Of a DNA stretch of 64,000 bases, positions 1 to 8,929 are shown one piece after another. Numbering within the stretch: position 1 is the stretch's first letter; each line of letters begins with the position of its first letter. The DNA is from Paludibacteraceae bacterium (lineage in GTDB: Bacteria; Bacteroidota; Bacteroidia; Bacteroidales; Paludibacteraceae), in contig JAFGVL010000072.1 of NCBI GenBank assembly GCA_016938015.1, positions 1,904-65,903 of the forward strand. Direction: 5' to 3'. The position numbers and the translations under genes were made by a program. The notes beneath the pieces were generated by a model. It was given only the letters and a program-made list of their open reading frames with translations, ran no database searches and had not been told where the DNA came from.

Positions 1-1298
1 AATTAGGAGATGGCGTTTTTGAAGTCAAATCTACTGATGGAGATACACACTTAGGTGGTGATGATTTTGACCATCGAATCATTGATTGGTTGGTACAAGA
101 ATTTAAAGATGAAAATAGTGGATTGGATTTAAGCAAAGATCCAATGGCTCTTCAACGCTTAAAAGAAGCGGCCGAAAAAGCTAAAATTGAATTATCAAAT
201 ACTACTTCGAGCGAAATTAATTTGCCGTATATTATGCCGGTAGATGGTGTGCCTCGTCACTTAGTGCGTACTTTGACTCGTGCAAAATTTGAACAATTGA
301 TAGATGATTTGGTACAACGCACCATTGACCCTTGTCAAACTGCTTTGAAAAATGCCGGATTATCAAAATCGGATATCGACGAAATTATTTTGGTGGGAGG
401 TTCTACTCGTATCCCTGCTATTCAGGCTGCGGTAGAAAAATTCTTTGGTAAAGCTCCTTCAAAAGGGGTTAATCCGGATGAGGTGGTTGCAGTAGGTGCA
501 GCTATACAAGGTGGTGTGTTAACCGGTGAAGTAAAAGATGTATTGTTGTTGGATGTAACGCCACTTTCGTTGGGTATCGAAACCATGGGTGGTGTAATGA
601 CTCGTTTAATTGAGGCTAATACAACTATTCCGACCAAGAAATCAGAGACATTCTCTACTGCCAGTGATAATCAACCTTCGGTAGAAATTCATGTATTGCA
701 AGGAGAGCGCCCTATGGCCAATCAAAATAAAACCATTGGCCGTTTTCACTTAGATGGTATTCCTGCTGCTCCGCGTGGCATTCCACAAATTGAAGTGACT
801 TTTGATATTGATGCCAACGGAATACTTAAAGTTGCGGCTAAAGATAAAGCAACCGGTAAAGAGCAATCTATCCGTATCGAAGCATCATCCGGCTTAAGTG
901 ATGATGAAATAAAACGTATGAAAGCTGAAGCCGAAGCAAATGCCGAATCCGACAAGAAAGAAAAAGAACGTATCGACAAATTGAACCAAGCGGATGGGAT
1001 GATTTTCCAAACCGAAAAACAGTTAAAAGAATTGGGAGATAAACTTCCGGCGGATAAAAAAGCTCCGATTGAAGATGCGTTAGCAAAATTAAAAGAAGCT
1101 CACAAAGCACAAGATTTAGACGCTATTGATAAATCGATGGAAGAATTGAATACTGCCTTTCATGCTGCCAGTCAGGATATGTACAATGCTACTCAAGGAG
1201 GCGCTCAACCGGGAGCAGAACAACAAAGTTCTCAATCTGAAACCTCTAATAATCAGGGGGATAACGTAACTGACGTAGATTTTGAAGAAGTGAAGTAA
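1..1298 (+). CDS. dnaK: Chaperone DnaK (Hsp70), C-terminal ~430 codons; 5' end lies upstream of the window
   Basis: The frame is open from base 3 ([23 protein letters not shown]...). It carries Hsp70 substrate-binding motifs [15 protein letters not shown] and [17 protein letters not shown] and an acidic tail ending DVDFEEVK. The listed ORF 90..1298 is only the part after an internal TTG. Confidence 0.97.
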   Translation, partial: LGDGVFEVKSTDGDTHLGGDDFDHRIIDWLVQEFKDENSGLDLSKDPMALQRLKEAAEKAKIELSNTTSSEINLPYIMPVDGVPRHLVRTLTRAKFEQLIDDLVQRTIDPCQTALKNAGLSKSDIDEIILVGGSTRIPAIQAAVEKFFGKAPSKGVNPDEVVAVGAAIQGGVLTGEVKDVLLLDVTPLSLGIETMGGVMTRLIEANTTIPTKKSETFSTASDNQPSVEIHVLQGERPMANQNKTIGRFHLDGIPAAPRGIPQIEVTFDIDANGILKVAAKDKATGKEQSIRIEASSGLSDDEIKRMKAEAEANAESDKKEKERIDKLNQADGMIFQTEKQLKELGDKLPADKKAPIEDALAKLKEAHKAQDLDAIDKSMEELNTAFHAASQDMYNATQGGAQPGAEQQSSQSETSNNQGDNVTDVDFEEVK

Positions 1299-1322
1299 AA
1301 AATAAATTGTTTTCTAAAAATT

Positions 1323-1362
1323 ATTCGGGGCGCTACTTAAATGAAGCGCCCCGAATTTTTTT
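1323..1362. terminator. Bidirectional rho-independent terminator between convergent dnaK and 1361..1936
   Basis: Perfect 12-bp stem ATTCGGGGCGCT / AGCGCCCCGAAT (1323-1334 / 1345-1356) with a 10-nt loop. A T-run follows at 1357-1362 on + and an A-run precedes it, giving a T-run on -. Confidence 0.8.
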
Positions 1363-1936
1363 ACTTGCATTGTTCTGCGTAAAATTTAGCTATTTCTTTG
1401 CTGTCTTCTTGTTTATAATCGCCCGCATTAATTTTAGCGACTAATTTAGTACAATCATTAAAGAAATTGCTCATGTTTTTTTTGAAACCGATTTTTGGAA
1501 AATAAAAAAGCTCAGAGTCTCCTTTTTGATAGTAATCATAGGTAGTTATGGTTAAACCATACTGATTGTTTTGAGCTTCCGATTTTTGGTAAACAGAAAT
1601 TTTTTCGCTTTCGAAAAGTACCAGCATAAATATTTTCTTTCCCTTTTTAATTTCTTTAACTACTAATCTATAACTTTCTTCATTAAACTCAAATTCGATT
1701 TCTTTCGCTATTTCGGGGGTAATTTTTATTTTCTCGCCGGCAGCATTTTTTGTATCTATTTTTTTGTGCATTTTAAAGAACTGCACGCTGGTTCTTATAA
1801 CATCTGTAGGAACATCAATGGTTAATGCTTCTTCTTTTCCATCCTGATAAATAACTTTTCCTTTTAGGTCTTTGGCCATAAATGGGATACTTAATACGAA
1901 ACAAATTGAAAATAATACAAGTTTTTTCACCTTCAT
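1361..1936 (-). CDS. Hypothetical secreted protein (191 aa)
   Basis: The ORF has an N-terminal signal peptide (MKVKKLVLFSICFVLSIPFMA). I recognise no domain. Confidence 0.6.
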   Translation of the reverse strand: MKVKKLVLFSICFVLSIPFMAKDLKGKVIYQDGKEEALTIDVPTDVIRTSVQFFKMHKKIDTKNAAGEKIKITPEIAKEIEFEFNEESYRLVVKEIKKGKKIFMLVLFESEKISVYQKSEAQNNQYGLTITTYDYYQKGDSELFYFPKIGFKKNMSNFFNDCTKLVAKINAGDYKQEDSKEIAKFYAEQCK

Positions 1937-1988
1937 AATTTTTGATGGTTTATAATATAATTAGTTATTTATTGCTGAAATAAAAATT

Positions 1989-2034
1989 TATCACACTTTT
2001 GGCAACACTAATTATAATTGCCAAAAGTGTGATA
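1989..2034 (-). terminator. Hairpin downstream of bcp (probable terminator)
   Basis: Perfect 17-bp inverted repeat TATCACACTTTTGGCAA / TTGCCAAAAGTGTGATA (1989-2005 / 2018-2034) with a 12-nt loop. On the minus strand it is followed by AAATTTTTATTT. Confidence 0.6.
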
Positions 2035-2107
2035 GAGCATTTTTGTTAAGTTTTCTGAAACGAACTTATAAAGTGAGCTTGTTGTGTTAGCGATGCTTTT
2101 ATGTATT

Positions 2108-2566
2108 TTAAAGTGCTAATTTTGTTTGTATTTGCTCTGTGTGGTTTTTTGTATCCACTTTTGTAAATACTTGCTCAATTATTCCGTTTTCGTCAATAAT
2201 AAAAGTAGTGCGTAAAACGCCCATGTATTTTTTGCCGTAATTGGATTTTTCTCCCCAAGCTCCGTATGCTTGCAAAATCTCTTTTTCGGTATCGGCAATC
2301 AAATGAAACTGAAAGCCGTATTTTTGTTCGAATTTTTTGTGCGATGCCACACTATCGGGACTTACGCCAATTATTTCGTAACCTTTTTTTTGAAAATAGC
2401 TGTAATTGTCGTTTAAATTACAACTCTCCGCAGTGCATCCCGGGGTATTATCTTTGGGATAAAAATACAACACTATTTTTTTTCCTTTAAACTGCGATAA
2501 ACTAATTTCTTCTCCGTTTTGATTTAATCCTTTGAAATCGGGAGCTTTATTTCCTGCTGTCAGCAT
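2108..2566 (-). CDS. bcp: Thioredoxin-dependent thiol peroxidase (peroxiredoxin Bcp)
   Basis: 152 aa with the peroxiredoxin active-site context FYPKDNTPGCTAESC and Bcp-like length. Confidence 0.9.
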   Translation of the reverse strand: MLTAGNKAPDFKGLNQNGEEISLSQFKGKKIVLYFYPKDNTPGCTAESCNLNDNYSYFQKKGYEIIGVSPDSVASHKKFEQKYGFQFHLIADTEKEILQAYGAWGEKSNYGKKYMGVLRTTFIIDENGIIEQVFTKVDTKNHTEQIQTKLAL

Positions 2567-2708
2567 AATGTGGTTTTTTAAGAATGATTTACTACAAAAA
2601 TAATATAAGCTAAGCTATTTTGTTAAAGTTCTTGTATAAAATAAATAGGTTTCGTTTTTTTGATTATTTTTGAATCATTATAAATAGATATTTATTAAAC
2701 ACAAACAA

Positions 2709-3248
2709 ATGAAAAAAATTCTATTAACTCTAGTAGCTGTATTTTTTTTAATAAGTTATACTTCTGCTCAAGACGAATTACTTATGGATGATGTCGCTGT
2801 GGATACCACAATGGCAGATATGGAAGCTATGATGAATAACATGTTTGCCAACGAGGTTAAAATGGATGTGGATACGCTGCTTTTTCCAATACACCAGGGT
2901 ACTTTTTACATGACCGATACTACTCAAAATCCGACTGCTGGAATATTTTCCATGCTCGTGCCTGATACTTATGAAGAAACGAAGAAAGCTATTGTAGAGA
3001 ATCCACAAAATGGGATGAAGCTTACTATTAAAACAAAGGAATCCATACGGATAAACAATAAACAGGCAATACATGTTAGTAGTAGTACCTTAAATGAAGG
3101 AATATCACAGATAACAGAGATATACATCATACAAGAAAGTGAGAAAAATACACTGTTGATTACCGGGGTTATCCTTGAATCAGCGTATGCAACATATGTC
3201 GATGCTGTTAAAAAAGCTGCTTATTCGGCCAGAATTGAATCAAAATAA
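2709..3248 (+). CDS. Hypothetical secreted protein, paralog A of a tandem pair
   Basis: Signal peptide MKKILLTLVAVFFLISYTSAQ. It shares the blocks KMDVDTLLFP, LLITG and KKAAYSARIE with the next gene. Confidence 0.65.
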   Translation: MKKILLTLVAVFFLISYTSAQDELLMDDVAVDTTMADMEAMMNNMFANEVKMDVDTLLFPIHQGTFYMTDTTQNPTAGIFSMLVPDTYEETKKAIVENPQNGMKLTIKTKESIRINNKQAIHVSSSTLNEGISQITEIYIIQESEKNTLLITGVILESAYATYVDAVKKAAYSARIESK

Positions 3249-3249
3249 A

Positions 3250-3759
3250 ATGAAGAAAAAAGTTTGTCTTTGCCTTTTTATTGCTTTTTCAGTTAGTGTC
3301 TCGTTGTTAGCTCAAATTAGCCCCTCAGCTAATGATACGCCATATGCAGATGCCGAAATACCTGTAATGAGTACAAAAGTTAGCATGGAAATTGATACGT
3401 TATTATTTCCGAAAATAGAACTGGGAACTGTGTTTTTGTCAGAAAATCCGCGTGCAATGATAATGCCCATGGTGCTTAGAGCTAACTTTGATTCGTTAGA
3501 CCATAAGGTGTTGTTACAAGAAACCGCTAAAGAGTTAGGTGTAACTGTTTTAAAAAGCGGAGTATTAAAACATAAAGGGAAAATAGCTTATTATGTTGTT
3601 GGCACTACAAACGATAAAGAACGCAACGTGGTATTGGAAGTGTATTATGTGAAAGCCGATGCACAAAGAACTATCATGATTACCGGATACTATGAAAAAG
3701 AGGCAAAGCATTATAAAAAACAATTGAAAAAAGCGGCATTTAGTGCACGTATAGAATAA
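3250..3759 (+). CDS. Hypothetical secreted protein, paralog B of a tandem pair
   Basis: I chose the in-frame ATG at 3250 (MKKKVCLCLFIAFSVSVSLLAQ, a signal peptide), 2 nt after the upstream stop. The track start at 3175 would overlap paralog A. Shared blocks are SMEIDTLLFP, IMITG and KKAAFSARIE. Confidence 0.65.
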   Translation: MKKKVCLCLFIAFSVSVSLLAQISPSANDTPYADAEIPVMSTKVSMEIDTLLFPKIELGTVFLSENPRAMIMPMVLRANFDSLDHKVLLQETAKELGVTVLKSGVLKHKGKIAYYVVGTTNDKERNVVLEVYYVKADAQRTIMITGYYEKEAKHYKKQLKKAAFSARIE

Positions 3760-3780
3760 TTTAGTGAGCGTAAAACTGCT

Positions 3781-4260
3781 ATGAATAAATTTATTAAAAC
3801 ACTTTTTCTACTACTGCTTGTGGTTGGTGTATCCAATGCGCAAACTGTAAAATTTCCTTTGCAAAAAGGATTTATAAATGATTACGAGGGATTATTTACT
3901 CCTCAGCAACAAATCGAATTGAATACGCTTATTGCTGCGTTTGAGAAACAAACCAATAGAGAGATTGCGGTAGTTACTTTGAATAACATTCAACCATACT
4001 CTAATGTAAGTGATTATTCAAAAGATTTGTCGTACAACTGGTCGTTGTATAAAGAAGAATTGCAAAGCGGACTTTTAATAGTTGTTAGTAAAACTTTTCG
4101 TACCGTACGTATAATGACGGCTTATGGCACGCATCAATTAATACAAGATGATGTATGCAGAAATATTATTAATAAAGAAATAATACCGGCCTGTTCGCAA
4201 GGCAATTATTTTTTAGGCACAAAACAAGGCTTATTAGCTCTTATGCGAGAATGGAAATAA
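3781..4260 (+). CDS. TPM-domain protein (TLP18.3/Psb32/MOLO-1-like putative phosphatase), secreted
   Basis: Signal peptide followed by the typical TPM N-terminus INDYEGLFTPQQQIELNTLIAAFEKQTNREIAVVTL. Confidence 0.75.
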   Translation: MNKFIKTLFLLLLVVGVSNAQTVKFPLQKGFINDYEGLFTPQQQIELNTLIAAFEKQTNREIAVVTLNNIQPYSNVSDYSKDLSYNWSLYKEELQSGLLIVVSKTFRTVRIMTAYGTHQLIQDDVCRNIINKEIIPACSQGNYFLGTKQGLLALMREWK

Positions 4261-4287
4261 AAATCATTGATTTAGTTCTATAAAAGG

Positions 4288-4309
4288 CCAAACTGATGTT
4301 TGGTTTTTT
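4288..4309 (+). terminator. Rho-independent terminator after the TPM gene
   Basis: Stem CCAAAC / GTTTGG with loop TGAT, then TTTTTT (4304-4309). Confidence 0.6.
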
Positions 4310-4338
4310 AGTTTTAGTAATAATTAGTTGTTTAACTT

Positions 4339-5178
4339 ATGCCTATTTCAAATTTTCATAGCCATTGTAATTTTTGTGACGGACGGGCTTCTATGGAACA
4401 GTTTGTTCAATATGCTGTTGCTAAAAAATTAAGCGCTTTTGGCGTTTCTTCTCACGCTCCGGTACCTTTTGCCAGCCGATGGGCAATGAAAGCAGATGAT
4501 ATGCCCGAATACATACAGGAGTTTAATAGGCTTAAAAAATTATATGCTACCAAAATTGAGCTGTATTTGGGCTTAGAAATTGATTATTTTGCAAACGAAA
4601 AAATGGCTGTTTTTGATGCCGTAAAAAATGTGGGTCTCGATTATCGAATTGGTTCAATTCATCATATTGATAATTTCCCCGACGGCACTCGGTGGAATAT
4701 TGATGGGAGTGAGAAGGTTTTTAAGCTTGCCACCGAACAAATTTATAATAACGATGTGAGAAAGATTGTAAGACGTTATTTTGAACTCTCGGAAGAAATG
4801 CTGTGCAATGCTTCGTTTGATATCATCGGTCATTTAGATAAGATAGTGCCAAATGCCTCTCAATTTGCCGAATTTAGTATCGCAGATAAATGGTACAACA
4901 ATTTGATGTTGTCGCTGCTTACAACTATCAAAGAAAAGCAAATTATTGTAGAGATTAACACAAAATCATTTTTAGGAAGGGGAATAACATTTCCAAATCA
5001 ACAGTATTTCAAAAAAATTAATGAATTAAAAATACCTGTTATGGTTAATTCTGATTGTCATTATCCCGATTTACTAACCGCCGGTTTTAATGAGGTTTAT
5101 GTTTTGTTGAAGGACGCTGGCATTAAATCGGTAATTACCCGTAAAGCAAATAAATGGCTAGAAGTGGGATTAGTTTAG
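4339..5178 (+). CDS. PHP-family histidinol-phosphatase (HisJ-like)
   Basis: PHP metal-binding N-terminus NFHSHCNFCDGRASMEQF, then SSHAP, GSIHH, IIGHLD and NSDCH motifs. Length is 279 aa. Confidence 0.8.
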   Translation: MPISNFHSHCNFCDGRASMEQFVQYAVAKKLSAFGVSSHAPVPFASRWAMKADDMPEYIQEFNRLKKLYATKIELYLGLEIDYFANEKMAVFDAVKNVGLDYRIGSIHHIDNFPDGTRWNIDGSEKVFKLATEQIYNNDVRKIVRRYFELSEEMLCNASFDIIGHLDKIVPNASQFAEFSIADKWYNNLMLSLLTTIKEKQIIVEINTKSFLGRGITFPNQQYFKKINELKIPVMVNSDCHYPDLLTAGFNEVYVLLKDAGIKSVITRKANKWLEVGLV

Positions 5179-5227
5179 CCGATAACTATTGCTTTTTATG
5201 TCCCTTGGAAACACAAAAGCTTAGCTG

Positions 5228-5605
5228 TTATTTTACAGCAATAGTTTCTATTTCTACCAATGCCCCTAGTGGTAATCCTTTTACAGCAATGGTGGAGCGT
5301 GCCGGACAGTTTTCTGAATAATACTTTTTATATACCTCATTTAATTCGGGAAAGTAACTCATATCTGCTATAAATACAGTGCTTTTAACCACATTACCAA
5401 ATGTATATCCGGCTTCAACTAATATGGCTTCGATATTTTTAAATACTTGCTCGGCTTGGGCACTGATATTAGTAGTTTCAATCTTTCCTGAAAGAGGGTT
5501 TATAGGCACTTGTCCGGATATGTACAAGTTACCGTTAACTTCTACAGCCTGACTGTAAGGACCAATAGCAGCAGGTGCTTTTGGGGTGGAGATAATTCTT
5601 TTCAT
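5228..5605 (-). CDS. ridA: RidA/YjgF-family reactive-intermediate deaminase
   Basis: 125 aa with APAAIGPYSQAV..GNLYISGQ..P.. and a C-terminal ARSTIAVKGLPLGALVEIE, typical of the YjgF/RidA family. Confidence 0.85.
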   Translation of the reverse strand: MKRIISTPKAPAAIGPYSQAVEVNGNLYISGQVPINPLSGKIETTNISAQAEQVFKNIEAILVEAGYTFGNVVKSTVFIADMSYFPELNEVYKKYYSENCPARSTIAVKGLPLGALVEIETIAVK

Positions 5606-5649
5606 AGTTTTGTATCTTAGTAAGATGGAGAACGCACTGAATATAGATT

Positions 5650-6021
5650 TTAATCTTTTTTCTTTGCTCTTTGTTCCGATAATAAAATGCTTACACGTTC
5701 AATTTGTCCGCCCAAAGGTGGATTTAATTTTGATAATTCCAATTCGATGCCTTCAATTTGAGCGAAGCGCACAAATAATTTGTTGATTATGCGCTGCCCC
5801 ACATTTTCAATCAGTTTTGAATTTAGTTGCATCTCTGCTTTTATGGTTTGATACAATTCTTGATAGTTTAACGCATCTTCGATAGCGTCGGTTTTGCATG
5901 CAATGTGAGTATCAAGTTCAACAGCAATGGTTAATTCGAAGTTAGTGCCTACCAGTTGTTCTTCGGCAAAACAACCGTGATAAGCATAAAACCGCATTTT
6001 TTCTAATTTAATTTTACTCAT
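5650..6021 (-). CDS. folB: Dihydroneopterin aldolase
   Basis: 123 aa beginning KMRFYAYHGCFAEEQLVGTNFELTIAVELD, the FolB signature region. Confidence 0.8.
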   Translation of the reverse strand: MSKIKLEKMRFYAYHGCFAEEQLVGTNFELTIAVELDTHIACKTDAIEDALNYQELYQTIKAEMQLNSKLIENVGQRIINKLFVRFAQIEGIELELSKLNPPLGGQIERVSILLSEQRAKKKD

Positions 6022-6023
6022 TT

Positions 6024-8237
6024 TTATTCGACAGAATAACGTAAATAATCCATTAAAATACTGATATCCATAGCATCAATCCCTTTTTCTATAAGGTAAG
6101 GGTAATCTTGATTAAAAAGCTCAATAAATGTTGTTAAATCGTTTTCGGTTAATACAAATGCTTTTTGATAGTTAGATATAGCTTCTTTTTTGTTTTTTTG
6201 AATAAAAGCGATATGTCCTAAATGTAAATAGTCTGTCCATTCTTCTTTAGATTGAATGGCTTTATTCAGAAATTTTTTTGCTTGTTCTATTTTGTTCGAT
6301 AAGAAAGAAGTCCATGCAATAGCTCTCCATATTTTTACATTGTTGGGTGATGTATATTCTACTTTAAAATAATAAGCCAATGCTTCCTCGTATTGTAATA
6401 AGTTTAAATAACAATTACCTATTTGGGTTTGAATGGATTGATTATCGGGTTGCATTTCTTCTGCCTTTAAATAGTATGTTAATGCGTTTTTGTAATCTTT
6501 TAGCATTTTGTATACGTAGGCAATTTTTCGTATGGTCCATTTATGGTTGGGCGAAATAATTTCAGCCTGCAAATAGTTAGATAGTGCGAGCTTATAATCA
6601 CTTGTTTTTTGGTAACAATAGCCTATTTTCTGATATAAGTCGTGTGTTTTTTCAGTCTGTTTTTCAATAGCTAAAAATAATTCCAGTGCTTCACCATAAA
6701 AATCTTTCGAAAAGAAATATTCTGCTATTTGTGTTATTTCTTCGTTATTGAAATGGATTAAAGTAAAAAACCAACAGTTGTGAAATTGTAAGGAATACTG
6801 AAAAGGCTTTTCAAAGTCGTTTTTAGAGGGAAATAAGTTGTAAAATCGATACAAATCCTGAATGTAGGCATTCGAAATTATTTCTGTTCGTTTTGTTTTT
6901 GCTAATATTTCATTGTCTTGTTGTATTTCTTTCATTTGGTCGGCTTCCATCTTAAAAGCTCTACTCATAGTTTCTCTTTGAGCAATAGGCATTTGCATCA
7001 GGCTCAAACAAAATGAATAACGGTCGGAATTGCACATATATCCGTTATTTAACATAGCAGTTAGTAAGGAGGGGTTTTCTTTTTCAAACAGTTCGTAAAT
7101 ATCCGATTGAGTGGAATCGAAGGGTTTAAACCAATTGAATACTTCATTAAAAAACGGATAGTTTTTAAGCATGGCAAAAGTGCTCATATAGACATCAGAA
7201 CCTTCTAGTTGGAGGTCGCTGAATTCTTTTAATTTATCGGCAATACCGCTGTTTTCGAGAATTTCTTGCCATTCCGGATTTTTTTCGTCCGGATCGTCGT
7301 TTTTCATCAAGCTATCTAAATCAATTTTATCTTTGAGTTTTGGAGCCACCTTTATCATTTCGGGTAAAATTTCTTCTTTTAGTTTTTTAGAAATTTTTTC
7401 TGTTTCGTTGGTACGTGCATATTGCAGTAGTATTAGCTTTACGTGCTTCTTGATGGTGTTATTATCAAACAGCATTACCAAGCGGTTCTTAATAGCAGGG
7501 AAATGCGATAATCGTTTGTCGTAATGAGCTAAAATAGGCAATAATCCAACAAGTGCACGTTGAGCAACCGAATCGTCGTTATGCGTACAGTATTCGATGA
7601 GTAATAATAGCTCATTTTCGTTAAAAAAGCGCATTAACGAAAGGGTAAGTGCGGATATGGCAAGGCATTTATCGTTGGAGGAAACAACAGTGCTGTTAAC
7701 GGTTTTTTCAATCAAATTTGTTTCTTCGAACGAATAGTTGCTTTTGAGCCATAGCGTTTTAAATAATTGGTTGCTAAGTATTTCGTTGTGTATGGCGTAT
7801 TCTTTTCGTTTACCCGGCGAGTTTAAACTTTCTTCTACTAATACTGATAAATTGATGTTTGCCGGAGCACTTTCAAGTTCGTTTATTAAATCGCTACTAG
7901 TATTTTTGTAGGTATAGGGCAAATATCTTTTTTGAGAGAATACAAAATCATTTGAGTTTCTAACTAGGAATTCTTCTTTTATTTCTTCAGCAATTTTATA
8001 AGCTTTGGTAATAAGAGAATTGTATAGTTTGTCTTGTTCGGGGTCTTTTATCCCTTCGAACGAGTAATTAAGCATTGTGCGGTAGTTAGCTTCTAATTGA
8101 TGTACGTCTTCTGTTTTTTCCCAAATTAATAGTGGTGCAGCATACGTTTGAAGTTTTTGCAATGCTTCTTTCAGCTGTTTATTTTCTAACAGTTGGCAAA
8201 TTAGGAGGTAGGTCGATTTTATTTCTGATGGGGTCAT
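6024..8237 (-). CDS. Large TPR-repeat protein (737 aa)
   Basis: The C-terminal third is consecutive TPR units (for example YQKIGYCYQKTSDYKLALSNYLQAEIISPNH and IAYVYKMLKDYKNALTYYLKAEEMQPDN). The N-terminal ~500 aa have no domain I recognise. The stop lies 2 nt before the folB start. Confidence 0.7.
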   Translation of the reverse strand: MTPSEIKSTYLLICQLLENKQLKEALQKLQTYAAPLLIWEKTEDVHQLEANYRTMLNYSFEGIKDPEQDKLYNSLITKAYKIAEEIKEEFLVRNSNDFVFSQKRYLPYTYKNTSSDLINELESAPANINLSVLVEESLNSPGKRKEYAIHNEILSNQLFKTLWLKSNYSFEETNLIEKTVNSTVVSSNDKCLAISALTLSLMRFFNENELLLLIEYCTHNDDSVAQRALVGLLPILAHYDKRLSHFPAIKNRLVMLFDNNTIKKHVKLILLQYARTNETEKISKKLKEEILPEMIKVAPKLKDKIDLDSLMKNDDPDEKNPEWQEILENSGIADKLKEFSDLQLEGSDVYMSTFAMLKNYPFFNEVFNWFKPFDSTQSDIYELFEKENPSLLTAMLNNGYMCNSDRYSFCLSLMQMPIAQRETMSRAFKMEADQMKEIQQDNEILAKTKRTEIISNAYIQDLYRFYNLFPSKNDFEKPFQYSLQFHNCWFFTLIHFNNEEITQIAEYFFSKDFYGEALELFLAIEKQTEKTHDLYQKIGYCYQKTSDYKLALSNYLQAEIISPNHKWTIRKIAYVYKMLKDYKNALTYYLKAEEMQPDNQSIQTQIGNCYLNLLQYEEALAYYFKVEYTSPNNVKIWRAIAWTSFLSNKIEQAKKFLNKAIQSKEEWTDYLHLGHIAFIQKNKKEAISNYQKAFVLTENDLTTFIELFNQDYPYLIEKGIDAMDISILMDYLRYSVE

Positions 8238-8253
8238 AACAATAGGTGTATGG

Positions 8254-8919
8254 TTACCAATAGCAGATAGATTTTTTAAAAATAGTGTTTTCCCAGGTGA
8301 AAAGTACTTTATCCCCTTTTAGGTATTTTTTTAATCGCTCGTAACTATCTTTATCCAAATAGCTACCGGAATTTAGTGTGGCAATAATATTGTTTTTATT
8401 TTCAAGGAAATTAGTTTCTATAAAAACAAGATCAAATTGTTCGGCTATTTTTTCTATTTGTTTCCCTTCGGCTACAATTTTTACAGTGTCTAAAAAATCA
8501 TTGATAGTAATTTTAGGGAGCAACGATTGTTGTAAAAATTGCCAGTTGTTGTTATAAAAACCAATATGAGAATCGCATACAGGAGCGCAAGCTGTAAAAA
8601 TAAGCGCATAATAGCTGGTTGTTGTAAGCGGGTTGCTTAAAATCTTCAGATGAACGGTAGCATTTTCTGAATTTTTAATGCTCATAAAATGGTTTAAGCT
8701 GTCTAGTACCAAAATAGAACTTTCGCCTCTAAACTTATTTTTTCGGGTGTGTATGGTATCGGTTTTAAAGGCCTTAACCATTTCTTTACGTTGTGCCGAT
8801 GGTAGTGACAAATAGTATTCATCCGGCATGCTTGTAAATGCTTGTTCGATATTTTGCGAAAAACTGATGTTGGCAAAAAAGCTGCTTAGTAGGAATATAA
8901 TTAGTGCTTTGTTTTTCAT
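8254..8919 (-). CDS. Hypothetical secreted protein (221 aa; possibly DUF3256-like, name recalled not verified)
   Basis: Signal peptide MKNKALIIFLLSSFFANISFSQ. It lies 10 nt downstream of tamB. Confidence 0.55.
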   Translation of the reverse strand: MKNKALIIFLLSSFFANISFSQNIEQAFTSMPDEYYLSLPSAQRKEMVKAFKTDTIHTRKNKFRGESSILVLDSLNHFMSIKNSENATVHLKILSNPLTTTSYYALIFTACAPVCDSHIGFYNNNWQFLQQSLLPKITINDFLDTVKIVAEGKQIEKIAEQFDLVFIETNFLENKNNIIATLNSGSYLDKDSYERLKKYLKGDKVLFTWENTIFKKSICYW

Positions 8920-8929
8920 GTGATATGAT

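Noticed and set aside
422-1110. Minus-strand ORFs 422..637, 746..979 and 868..1110
   Set aside because: They lie entirely antisense within dnaK, whose identity is unambiguous. They are compositional shadow ORFs with no start context or motifs.
3175-3249. Upstream extension of the second paralog (track start 3175)
   Set aside because: It would overlap the first paralog by 74 nt and put 25 residues in front of an otherwise perfect signal peptide. The ATG at 3250 was preferred.
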